Positions 1-9,471 of a stretch of 64,000 nucleotides of DNA are shown piece by piece. Both the position numbers and the translations under genes were made by a program. Origin of the DNA: Promethearchaeota archaeon (GTDB taxonomy: Archaea; Asgardarchaeota; Heimdallarchaeia; Hodarchaeales; Hodarchaeaceae); assembly GCA_048938105.1 (NCBI GenBank), contig JBHLMN010000025.1:1-64000 (forward strand), read 5' to 3'. Within the stretch, counting starts at the first letter, position 1. The number at the start of each line of letters is the position of its first letter. Below the pieces are notes generated by a model, which was given only the letters and a program-made list of their open reading frames with translations, searched no databases and was not told the DNA's origin.

Positions 1-1260
1 GCAACGATTCTGGATGCTGATGGAACCAGTTTTAAAGTCGCAAAAGGAGCTCCACAGGTCATTCTATCTCTAGTTTCCAATAAAGCAAAAATAAAAACTA
101 GGGTAAATAAGTTTGTTACTGTTTCAGCTCATAAGGGTTATCGGTCACTTGGTATTGCCAGAACAATTGATAGTGAAGAAAACTGGCAATTTGTAGGCAT
201 AATTGCTCTTTTTGATCCACCGCGTGAAGATTCAGCTGAGACAATCGCTATAGCTGAAACTATGGGATTGCAGGTTAAAATGATTACAGGAGATCATCTT
301 GCTATTGCCAAAGAGATCGCAGGACAAGTTAATTTGGGTTCCAATATTACTCGGTTCACCTCTTTTCAATCTAAAGCCGCCACGGGGGTGCCTCATTACA
401 TGGACAAAATTGATGGGTTTGCACAGGTTCTGCCAGAGGATAAATACCACATTGTCGATCATTTCCAACAAAATGAGCATATTGTTGCTATGACTGGAGA
501 TGGGGTTAATGATGCTCCTGCTTTAAAGAAGGCTGATGTGGGAATCGCGGTTGCGAATGCTACGGATGCAGCGAGATCTGCAGCGGATATTGTTCTTACT
601 AACCCAGGGCTTTCAATAATAATCGACGCCATAAAAGAAAGTCGAAAGATATTTCAGCGAATGACGAATTATGCGGTTTATCGTGTCACAGAAACGATTC
701 GGGTTGTAATTTTCATTACTTTAGCCATAATTATTTTCAATTTTTATCCTATAACACCTCTTATGATAGTCTTATTAGCCATTCTAAACGATGCACCGAT
801 TATGACTATTGCGTTTGACAATGTTAGATATTCAAACAAACCCGAAAAATGGGATATGTTAACCTTATTAAGTGTTGCCAGTTTTCTTGGAGTTATAGGA
901 GTTTTATCATCTTTTGGAATGCTATACATTGGGCAAGAAGTGTTACAACTGAATCGAGAGGTTCTCCAGTCCTTAATTTATCTAAAACTATCTGTCGCAG
1001 GTCATTTGACTTTGTTTGTGGCAAGGACTAAAGGTCCTTTTTGGTCATTAAAGCCAAATAAATTATTATTAATAGCGGTAATATCAACACAATTAATTGC
1101 TACAATAATCACAGTTTATGGAATATTGTTGCCTCCGATGGGCTGGGGATTGGCCTTGTTAGTATGGGGATATGCATTAATAGCGTTTATAATTACGGAT
1201 TACTTAAAAGTCCGTTTTTATAGATTATGTGGACGCAATGGCGTAAAATATCATAACTAA
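1..1260 (+). CDS. Plasma-membrane H+-transporting P-type ATPase (type IIIA), 5'-truncated by the window edge
   Basis: Frame 1 is open from base 1: KGAP, DPPR, MITGD, TGDGVNDAPALKKAD, and TM6 AILND (proton-binding Asp of P3A pumps). Confidence 0.92.
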   Translation, partial: ATILDADGTSFKVAKGAPQVILSLVSNKAKIKTRVNKFVTVSAHKGYRSLGIARTIDSEENWQFVGIIALFDPPREDSAETIAIAETMGLQVKMITGDHLAIAKEIAGQVNLGSNITRFTSFQSKAATGVPHYMDKIDGFAQVLPEDKYHIVDHFQQNEHIVAMTGDGVNDAPALKKADVGIAVANATDAARSAADIVLTNPGLSIIIDAIKESRKIFQRMTNYAVYRVTETIRVVIFITLAIIIFNFYPITPLMIVLLAILNDAPIMTIAFDNVRYSNKPEKWDMLTLLSVASFLGVIGVLSSFGMLYIGQEVLQLNREVLQSLIYLKLSVAGHLTLFVARTKGPFWSLKPNKLLLIAVISTQLIATIITVYGILLPPMGWGLALLVWGYALIAFIITDYLKVRFYRLCGRNGVKYHN

Positions 1261-1314
1261 AAAACAGAATAGGAAAAGTATGATTCTATGCACACTTAAT
1301 AGAGTTGTTTAATT

Positions 1315-1689
1315 ATGAGAGTTCATGATGAATATCATCACATTCATTTAAAAGCACCCATTCTTGAGATATGGACTACTCATGAAATGGTGGTTGAGCT
1401 ATTTAAGCTGCTGAAGTTGAATGGAGCAGAGATTTCAGAATTTGATAAAAACTTTGAAAAAAAACACTCAATTATTTCGATTAACAATGGCGCTTTCCAT
1501 ATTAGTATTGAGGAAGAAACGGGAGAAGATAACCAGATTATTAGCTTTTATGAATCTGATGCTTCTTTACACCCTCATTTATTACACAATGTGCTCGCTT
1601 TCGCGCAGGAAAAAGGTTTAAAGATAATAGCTAACAAGATAAATAAGTTACACCCTGAAGATTACCCTCCTCCTTCCCTTCATGGCTGA
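1315..1689 (+). CDS. Hypothetical protein with His-rich N-terminus
   Basis: 124-aa ORF closely spaced between the ATPase and nuoL; no family recognised. Confidence 0.6.
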   Translation: MRVHDEYHHIHLKAPILEIWTTHEMVVELFKLLKLNGAEISEFDKNFEKKHSIISINNGAFHISIEEETGEDNQIISFYESDASLHPHLLHNVLAFAQEKGLKIIANKINKLHPEDYPPPSLHG

Positions 1690-1746
1690 TAATCCACTTT
1701 TGGTTCCTGATTATTGTATAAAATGAGAGAATAAAAATAGGAAAAG

Positions 1747-3915
1747 GTGAATATAATAGTATTACTCTTCGGAAATCTCACGATTCTAATCCCTCTCATC
1801 CCGATAATAGCTGCATTTATTGCATTATTCTTTGGCAATAAAATTGATCGCCCTCACCATGGATTTCTGGTTGCCTTCATCAGCCTTGGCTCCAGTCTTG
1901 TATTAACGCTTTTGGTTTCAGGAGAAGTTATATTCCAGCTCCTCTTCTTGGATGCATCTGTCGAGGAGGTCACGATGAGAGCTGTTATTGAATGGTTTCA
2001 TGTTGGAGGGATTTCTCTTGATATTGGTATTTTGCTAGATCCTTTAACAGCTGTTGTTAGTTTAATGGTAATATTAATCTCATTCTTGGTAGTAGTATAT
2101 AGTCGAAGTTATATGGCGCATGATGGCTCACCTCGCTACTATGCGGAGATTAATTTATTTGCCGCTGCAATGCTGGGTTTATGCCTTTCCCCTAACTTCA
2201 TTCAGTTTTTTCTTTTTTGGGAAATCATGGGGGTCTGTTCATACCTACTAATTGGTTATTATTATGACAAAGAGCTCGTTCCAGAAGGCCAACCTCATCC
2301 TGCATCTGCCGCGAAGAAAGCTTTTCTTACGACTAAAGTCGGAGATGTATTTTTATTTGTCGGAATCATCTTAATTTATCTAGAGACGCATACATTTGAT
2401 TTTTTGGAAATGCAGCGTTTGCTTGAAGAAGGGGTTATTAATATTGATCCAAATCTTATTATGCTTATTGCATTACTTATCTTTGCGGGAGCAATTGGAA
2501 AATCTGCCCAATTCCCGCTCCATGTTTGGCTTCCCGATGCAATGGCAGGTCCTACAACAGTTAGTTGTTTGATCCATGCAGCTACCATGGTCAAGGCTGG
2601 AATTTTCCTTGTTGCAAGAACCTATTTCATTTTTGAACAAGCAGATATGGCTAATAGTGGGTATACACTACTCGTAATAGGGCTAATAGGTGGAATAACA
2701 GCAATTATGGCTGCAACAATTGCTCTTGTCCAGACAGATATTAAAGGTGTTCTTGCTTATTCTACTATCAGTCAAATTGGCTTTATGACAATTGGCCTGG
2801 GTATTGAAGGAATGGCAGATTCGATATTTTATCTGATAAATCACGGAATCTTTAAAGCTTTACTATTTCTGTCAGCAGGATCAGTCATTCATGCTGCTAA
2901 TAGCCAAGACATAAGGGAGATGGGTGGATTGAAAGAGAAAATGCCTCATACTTGGAAGGTTATGTTGATTGGATCGTTATCACTAGCTGGGATTGGTAAT
3001 GGCTTCTTTAGTAAAGATGCAATCATTGAACGCGACTTATTTGAGGTCATAGATCCGCGTTTTCCTCTCCTCCATGAACAACTAGTGCTGCTGATCTGGC
3101 TATCAATGGTAATTACTACTTTTTTAACAGCGTTCTATATCTTTAGATTGTGGTTTTTGGTTTTTCCAGGAACCAATCGGCTACCTGGACATGAGATTCA
3201 TGAATCCGATCACTGGATGATAATACCATTATGGATATTGGCAATAATATCCTTATTGTTGACAGGTTACTATTCAATAGGATTATTTCTTTCTAGCATT
3301 TCATTCGAACATTTTCTTTTTCAGTGGTTGGAACCTGGTGTATCAATATTGGAGTTTGATTGGCTTGTTGGCATTTCATCAATTGTTTTAGCTGTTGGGG
3401 GAATCGCTTTCGCTTACTTAATCTACTACCCTCGAGGTAGTGCAAAAGTCAGTTTTTCAGAGGAAAAGGACATCAAATTTGAAGTCTATAAAAAAGATTC
3501 AATAATTGCTACCCAACGCGAAATCCGTTCAATGGTCAGTAAATTTAAACTATCTGTCTTTGGTGGAATGATCCTACGCCTGCTAGAAAAGGGTTATTAT
3601 ATCGATGATTTATATCTAACTTTTGTTTATTTTGTAGATATGAAATATTGTGCAATGATGAATTGGATTGAATTTCATGTTTTTGATGCGACTGTCCGAT
3701 TTATTGGTAAGCTTGGATATTGGCTCTGTGGTGTCTCAAAATGGTGTGATGAGAAAGTAATTGACCAAGGTATTATCCGAAATTGCGCCAATGGGGTGAT
3801 GAAAGGTGCGAAGTATTTACGATATATTCAGACAGGTGTCATAGAAGATTATTTATTTTACGGCCTAGTAGGAGCAATTGCACTTTTAATAATTGCTTTA
3901 GCATTATCAGGGTAA
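1747..3915 (+). CDS. nuoL: NADH-quinone oxidoreductase subunit L-like antiporter subunit, copy 1 (lateral helix ~78 aa)
   Basis: FWE..G..SY.LIG, GKSAQFPLHVWLPDAMAGPT.VS.LIHAATMV, LAYSTISQ, H..FKALLFL, FFSKD, C-terminal QTG plus TM16. The GTG at 1747 lies inside the AGGTGA RBS, so the real start may be ATA at 1756. Confidence 0.93.
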   Translation: MNIIVLLFGNLTILIPLIPIIAAFIALFFGNKIDRPHHGFLVAFISLGSSLVLTLLVSGEVIFQLLFLDASVEEVTMRAVIEWFHVGGISLDIGILLDPLTAVVSLMVILISFLVVVYSRSYMAHDGSPRYYAEINLFAAAMLGLCLSPNFIQFFLFWEIMGVCSYLLIGYYYDKELVPEGQPHPASAAKKAFLTTKVGDVFLFVGIILIYLETHTFDFLEMQRLLEEGVINIDPNLIMLIALLIFAGAIGKSAQFPLHVWLPDAMAGPTTVSCLIHAATMVKAGIFLVARTYFIFEQADMANSGYTLLVIGLIGGITAIMAATIALVQTDIKGVLAYSTISQIGFMTIGLGIEGMADSIFYLINHGIFKALLFLSAGSVIHAANSQDIREMGGLKEKMPHTWKVMLIGSLSLAGIGNGFFSKDAIIERDLFEVIDPRFPLLHEQLVLLIWLSMVITTFLTAFYIFRLWFLVFPGTNRLPGHEIHESDHWMIIPLWILAIISLLLTGYYSIGLFLSSISFEHFLFQWLEPGVSILEFDWLVGISSIVLAVGGIAFAYLIYYPRGSAKVSFSEEKDIKFEVYKKDSIIATQREIRSMVSKFKLSVFGGMILRLLEKGYYIDDLYLTFVYFVDMKYCAMMNWIEFHVFDATVRFIGKLGYWLCGVSKWCDEKVIDQGIIRNCANGVMKGAKYLRYIQTGVIEDYLFYGLVGAIALLIIALALSG
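1939..2309 (+). repeat. Near-identical ~370-bp tract shared by the two nuoL genes (partner 4538-4908)
   Basis: Direct DNA comparison at offset 2599 shows only a few substitutions. A second identical ~50-bp tract lies at 2497-2546 / 5096-5145. Confidence 0.9.
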
Positions 3916-4351
3916 TGATTGAAGTAAAATTCAACCAATATGTCTTCTAATAGGCTTTGTAGATTTTTTTATTCAACCAGAGCAATATGCGAGTTTACAG
4001 TGAAATTGATCCGCAACAATATATTGTTTTAAAAACAGATCAAATATTCTATCTTATCCCTTTAAGATGAGATATAAGACTCTATTCAACTGCTAATAAG
4101 CTTGTACGAGGTTTAACGACGGATCCTGTTACTCCCCTCCTTGATCTTCTTGCTAATTTGTTGGAAACTCCTCAAATATTTCAGGTTTGGATTTCAAATT
4201 TATATTGCGATACTTATCATTCATCACTACTTTCTTAAGCAATTCATAAGCTAAACAATATTGATAAGAAATACGGTTGTATAGCTATTCACAACTCACC
4301 AGGATACGATACAGCGTTACGATTTCTTTTGCTAGCATAAGGTGACAATTA

Positions 4352-6601
4352 ATGACTGATTTGATTTTTGGTAATTTAGCATTCTTGATTCCGATCATCC
4401 CAATCCTAGCAGCATTTTTTGCAATATTTTTCGGAAAATTTCTAGACAAAAAGGCCCATGGGAATATAATTGCCCTCATGGCGTTAGGAACAAGTTTAAT
4501 ACTGACTATTATTGTTTCAGGTGAGGTTATACTCCGCCTCCTCTTCTTGAACGCATCTGTCGAGGAGGTCACGATGAGAGATGTTATTGAATGGTTTCAT
4601 GTTGGAGGAGTTTCTCTTGATATTGGTATTCTGCTAGATCCTTTAACAGCTGTTGTTAGTTTAATGGTAGCATTAATCTCATTCTTGGTAGTAGTATATA
4701 GTCGAAGTTATATGGCGCATGATGGCTCACCTCGCTACTATGCGGAGATTAATTTATTTGCCGCTGCAATGCTGGGTTTATGCCTTTCCCCTAACTTCAT
4801 TCAGTTTTTTCTTTTTTGGGAAATCATGGGGGTCTGTTCATACCTACTAATTGGTTATTATTATGACAAAGAGCTCGTTCCAGAAGGCCAACCTCATCCT
4901 GCATCTGCGGCGAAGAAAGCATTCTTAACAACAAAGGTTGGAGACGTGTTTCTTTTTATGGCAATAATTCTTCTCTGGTTGGAAACCCATACAATCGATT
5001 TTATCGAGCTTCGTAATAAATTGGAGGAAGGAACAATTAATATTGAACCTATGTTGTTTTTCTTCATCGTTTTATTCATTTTTGCTGGAGCAGTTGGAAA
5101 ATCTGCCCAATTCCCGCTCCATGTTTGGCTTCCCGATGCAATGGCCGGGCCGACCACGGTTAGTTGTCTGATTCATTCAGCAACCATGGTCAAAGCAGGG
5201 ATTTTCTTAGTAGCACGTACTTATTTTTTGTTCGAGCATGTACATGAAGTGATTCATGAAAATACGTTATTAGTGGTTGCATTAATCGGTGGGATCACTG
5301 CTATTTTAGCTGGGACAATTGCTATTGTAAAAACTGATATTAAAGGCATATTGGCCTATTCTACTATTAGTCAATTAGGGTATATGACTATCGGTCTAGG
5401 TGTCGGAGGGATGGCTGTGTCAATTTTTCACGTTATTAATCACGGTATTTTCAAAGCATTGCTGTTCCTATCTGCTGGATCAGTTATCCATGGGTCAGGA
5501 ACTCAAGATATCCGAGAAATGGGGGGATTGAAAGAGAAAATGCCCCATACTTGGAAAGTAATGTTAATTGGATCCTTGTCTATTACTGGAATTGGTAATG
5601 GTTTTTTCAGTAAGGATGCGATAATTCTTCATGCTCTTCACCGTTGGCAAGATCCCTCATTTTCTATTTTCCATAATCAATTGGTCATGATCGTGTGGCT
5701 ATCTGCGGTCGTTACAGCTTTTGTTACAGCTTTTTACATGTTTAGGTTATGGTTTTTAGTCTTTCCAGGCAAGAATCGGCTACCTGAGTCTGAGATTCAT
5801 GAATCGGATAGATGGATGATAACTCCTTTATGGATATTAGGTATTATATCGTTAGGGATGGCAGCATATTATACAATAGGGTTATTCAACACGGATCTTT
5901 CTTTTGAACATGATCTTATTGCGTGGTTAGAGGGTACTCACGTGTACCCTCTTCCATTTAATTGGAATATGGCGTTTATAACGCTAATTCTATCAATTCT
6001 TGGAATCGCTTTGGCTTATTTAATCTATTATCCAAGGGCTGATGCACAAATCAGCTTTCCCAAGGATGAACCTTCATTCTACATTGATGTAGCTGAACCT
6101 GACAACCTCGCAAAATTACAGAGAAGAATACGCTCCTTTGCTCGTAAACTTAAATTAACTATATTTGGTCTAAGTATTCAACGGATTCTAGAAAATGGAT
6201 ACTATATTGATGACCTCTATCTCATTTTTGTCTATTTCATTAATGCCAAATTTTGCTCTACAATGAATTGGATAGAGGAAAACATCTTTGATGGTGCTGT
6301 TCGACTTGTTGGAAAAGTGGGATATGAACTCTGTAGCCTTTCTAAATGGTGGGATGAATATGTGGTTGAGGGATTGGTAAATTCAGTCGCACAAGCGTCC
6401 TATGCTTTGTGCGGGTTTGTAAAAGTTATTGATGAACGTGTGATTGATCACGGTATTATCCGAAATTCTGCTAAGAGAGTTATGAAAACAGGGGGCTACC
6501 TGCGTCGAATTCAAACAGGTGTAGTAGAAAATTACGCTTTCTATACTCTCTTGGGAGCAATCTTTCTCATCTTGGCTGCAATCTATTTAGTAGGGGGATA
6601 A
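4352..6601 (+). CDS. nuoL: NADH-quinone oxidoreductase subunit L-like antiporter subunit, copy 2 (lateral helix ~104 aa)
   Basis: Same NuoL motifs as copy 1; AAGGTGA RBS before the ATG; one extra 26-aa repeat in the C-terminal helix. Confidence 0.93.
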   Translation: MTDLIFGNLAFLIPIIPILAAFFAIFFGKFLDKKAHGNIIALMALGTSLILTIIVSGEVILRLLFLNASVEEVTMRDVIEWFHVGGVSLDIGILLDPLTAVVSLMVALISFLVVVYSRSYMAHDGSPRYYAEINLFAAAMLGLCLSPNFIQFFLFWEIMGVCSYLLIGYYYDKELVPEGQPHPASAAKKAFLTTKVGDVFLFMAIILLWLETHTIDFIELRNKLEEGTINIEPMLFFFIVLFIFAGAVGKSAQFPLHVWLPDAMAGPTTVSCLIHSATMVKAGIFLVARTYFLFEHVHEVIHENTLLVVALIGGITAILAGTIAIVKTDIKGILAYSTISQLGYMTIGLGVGGMAVSIFHVINHGIFKALLFLSAGSVIHGSGTQDIREMGGLKEKMPHTWKVMLIGSLSITGIGNGFFSKDAIILHALHRWQDPSFSIFHNQLVMIVWLSAVVTAFVTAFYMFRLWFLVFPGKNRLPESEIHESDRWMITPLWILGIISLGMAAYYTIGLFNTDLSFEHDLIAWLEGTHVYPLPFNWNMAFITLILSILGIALAYLIYYPRADAQISFPKDEPSFYIDVAEPDNLAKLQRRIRSFARKLKLTIFGLSIQRILENGYYIDDLYLIFVYFINAKFCSTMNWIEENIFDGAVRLVGKVGYELCSLSKWWDEYVVEGLVNSVAQASYALCGFVKVIDERVIDHGIIRNSAKRVMKTGGYLRRIQTGVVENYAFYTLLGAIFLILAAIYLVGG

Positions 6602-6962
6602 AATAGTGAGGGGAAAATCTATTCAGAATATCTTCCAGTAACACATTTTGTATCACAATATATAAGGCGAGTGTTATGGTTGACTTCAAGACACTGTTTT
6701 GACAAAAGATAAGTAATCAAAATTGACGCTGGTCGGATGGAACTCAAAGGATTCTTTTCCATTAAGACCAATAAACCTGGAATGTTAATTGCGTTCTCCT
6801 TCTGTAATATCTATGGCTTTTGAAGAAGTGAGGAACCCCTCCCTCTAATAATGACTTTCATGTCATTATTGGAGCAACCTCTTTTTTTTATTTTTTTCCA
6901 ATTAGCTTATCTGACTATATACTTATTAAGGGGAATTTTATTCCCAATAAATCACGATTATA

Positions 6963-8159
6963 ATGAAATACATTGTTATAGGCAATGGAGTAGCTGGTGT
7001 TTCTGCTATTCAAGTCTTAGCGCAGGAAAAATCATCTAATTCGACAATACTCCAATTTACTGATGAACCTTTTCCAGGTTATTATAACCGCCCAAAAATC
7101 CCAGCTTTCATTGGTAACAATAAGATAGCTGTGAAAGACATCATTGCTTATAATCTTGACTGGTACAAAAAATTGGAAGTAGATTTACATACTCAAGAAA
7201 AAATAGAGAAAATTAATATCAAAACAAATGAAGTTTTGACTCACAAAACAGCTTATCCGTTCGAACGATTGTTAATAGCAACTGGGGCAGATTGTTGGTG
7301 CCCTCCTATTGAGGGAAGACAATTAAATCATTTTTATGAGGTAAGAAGTCTCAGTGATGCGTTAAAAATTCGTGATCGATTTAGAGTAAGTAAAAAGGCA
7401 GTGATTATAGGAGGTGGAGTTCTTGGGCTTGAAATTGCTAGTGCAGCTGTCAAACAAGGCCAAGAAACAACTGTTATTGAATTCTTTCCTTATCTATTAC
7501 CAAGACAATTGGATGTGGAAGGAGGAAACATCCTCAGAAAAATACTTGAAGAACGTGGGATTAAAATCTATGTAAAAAAAGAAGTTCAGAAAATTGCTGG
7601 AGAAAGTGAAGTGGAACAGGTCATTACTAAAGATGGTTTAGAAATCTCAACAGATTTGGTACTGGCTTGTACGGGTATAAAACCTAGAGTAGAACTGGTA
7701 AAGGATTTCTTGAAAATTAATCGAGGTATTATTGTTAATGATTACCTAGAAACATCACAAAAAAATATTTTTGCTTCAGGAGATTGCGCAGAACATAATG
7801 GAATGGTATATGGGCTTATTCCTCCTAGTATCCAACAAGCAAGAATCGCGGCCCATAATATGATTAATATGGAGACTGAATATAAGGGTTCGAAGATTTC
7901 TTCAACTCTCAAAGTAACTGATTTATTTTTGAGTTCTTTTGGTTACACTGGAAAAGAACCTGAATTAGGTTATAGCATAAGAAAATATGTTAATGAGAAT
8001 GAATATGTTAAACTATTTGTTCACAATGATAAAATTAAAGCAGCCATTATTTTAGGTTTCAAAAGAGCTATCCCTCTAATTAGAAATATATTTACAGAAG
8101 AGAAATCCGTTTCAGACAATGAAACCAAAATAAGAAAAGTTCTACCAGAGCTAAATTGA
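6963..8159 (+). CDS. FAD-dependent NAD(P)H:rubredoxin oxidoreductase-like (NirB/NROR family)
   Basis: GNGVAG, YYNRPK, ATGA, GGGVLGLE, GD motifs; near rubredoxin and fprA. Confidence 0.85.
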   Translation: MKYIVIGNGVAGVSAIQVLAQEKSSNSTILQFTDEPFPGYYNRPKIPAFIGNNKIAVKDIIAYNLDWYKKLEVDLHTQEKIEKINIKTNEVLTHKTAYPFERLLIATGADCWCPPIEGRQLNHFYEVRSLSDALKIRDRFRVSKKAVIIGGGVLGLEIASAAVKQGQETTVIEFFPYLLPRQLDVEGGNILRKILEERGIKIYVKKEVQKIAGESEVEQVITKDGLEISTDLVLACTGIKPRVELVKDFLKINRGIIVNDYLETSQKNIFASGDCAEHNGMVYGLIPPSIQQARIAAHNMINMETEYKGSKISSTLKVTDLFLSSFGYTGKEPELGYSIRKYVNENEYVKLFVHNDKIKAAIILGFKRAIPLIRNIFTEEKSVSDNETKIRKVLPELN

Positions 8160-8228
8160 ATTTACATCATTATACATAATAATGAAGGATTCCTGTACTC
8201 TTAATTTATTCTTAACCTATTGACAACG

Positions 8229-8558
8229 TTATAATATTGGGGGACGTCTTTCAGGAATCATTTTCATAGGTTGGTTTTGATCATAATCGATTTTTACATA
8301 AAGAGTGCAATAACAATAACCATATTCTAAAATATCTGGTTCTGCATACCGACAAGGGCAGATAATATCTCTGTCAAGTTGATGGTCTTCTTGACTGTCA
8401 CGACAAGGGCAATTATAATATCCCAATCTATTAAAGTTAGCTAACAATCCTTTGATCAAATCATTCAGGGTTTCAGGGTCAGAATTCAGCTTCCATCCTT
8501 TTCTGTTCGAGATTTTCTTTACATATTCCTGAACATCTTCAAATGATTTTTTTGTCAT
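8229..8558 (-). CDS. Ferredoxin:thioredoxin reductase catalytic subunit
   Basis: CPC...CPC...CYC motifs; the start ATG at 8558 overlaps the upstream stop (ATGA). Confidence 0.9.
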   Translation of the reverse strand: MTKKSFEDVQEYVKKISNRKGWKLNSDPETLNDLIKGLLANFNRLGYYNCPCRDSQEDHQLDRDIICPCRYAEPDILEYGYCYCTLYVKIDYDQNQPMKMIPERRPPIL

Positions 8559-8884
8559 TGGATAATATCCTCCCAAATTTCTGGGTTAAATCCTGAATCA
8601 TATTGCATTTTATTGACAACAAGAAAAGGAAATCTTGGTCTAATTCCAAAAACCTTTTCAATGTCGTTTTTCAATTGGTTCTTTTTCGTCACTGGAATTT
8701 TATCTATATCAAGGTACGAATAACTATATCCATGCTCATTAAGCCATCTTTTACCCCTTTTACACCACATACACGTTGAGATTGCAAAAACAAAAATATC
8801 ACTATATTGTTTTCTTGTACCTTCGACAGTTTCAATATTCCCAGGGATTTTAATCGAATCTAAAGACATAATCGTACTACTCAT
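8555..8884 (-). CDS. Glutaredoxin/NrdH-like redoxin
   Basis: STCMWC active site, cis-Pro in RFP, GF..E.W tail; start uncertain (8884 or 8869). Confidence 0.85.
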   Translation of the reverse strand: MSSTIMSLDSIKIPGNIETVEGTRKQYSDIFVFAISTCMWCKRGKRWLNEHGYSYSYLDIDKIPVTKKNQLKNDIEKVFGIRPRFPFLVVNKMQYDSGFNPEIWEDIIQ

Positions 8885-9183
8885 GCCATTTTTTGCATAA
8901 AGAAAGTCAATAAAAGCGAACTTCAGCATTTTAATGAAATTCTCTATAAGTAAAAAACTGTTACGTTGTAATTTCCATATTTTGAAAATTATAGATCAAA
9001 AAAATGTTGGTAAAAAAGATGTTTTAGAAAATAATTATATCTCTCTCACAATAAACCGAAATCATTATTAAAAGAACTTGAATAATAAGTTCTGCTAGTG
9101 AGATTACTTTAAATCCTCCTAATGAACATAAAAAAATCACAGCTTCTGAAAAATGGGAAATTTATTGAAAAAAGGTGATTATA

Positions 9184-9321
9184 ATGGCTAAATGGGAATG
9201 TGACATATGTGGTTATGTTTACGATGAAGAAGTTGAAGGAATACCATTTGCAGAGCTTCCAGATGACTGGACATGCCCTGATTGTGGAGCAGGTAAGGAA
9301 GATTTTTCAGAAATAGATTGA
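9184..9321 (+). CDS. Rubredoxin (45 aa, absent from the ORF track)
   Basis: [45 protein letters not shown]; AGGTGA RBS 5 nt upstream. Confidence 0.95.
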   Translation: MAKWECDICGYVYDEEVEGIPFAELPDDWTCPDCGAGKEDFSEID

Positions 9322-9471
9322 ATGATCAAAAAAGCAACAAAAAACAATCCAGTAAAAACTTCTTTTGGTAAAGTTTGAAAACCATAGAATTAATTTGAAC
9401 AGGACTGTTCAGTTTGGGATTCAATCTGAAATCTCTAAGTAAGCTCAAGTGGTATGAGGAGTGTATAGTAT

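Noticed and set aside
4070-4238. Open frame between the nuoL genes (RLYSTANKLVRGLTTDPVTPLLDLL...) as a nuoM remnant
   Set aside because: No start codon or RBS and no recognisable motif.
1747-6601. nuoL pair as a DabB inorganic-carbon pump or an MrpA antiporter operon
   Set aside because: No DabA (DUF2309) or mrpB-G genes are adjacent, and both proteins have the full NuoL-type lateral helix and TM16.
9396-9411. Short inverted repeats (9396-9411, 12609-12628, 20172-20199)
   Set aside because: Single, short and not repeated elsewhere; insufficient to assign a function.
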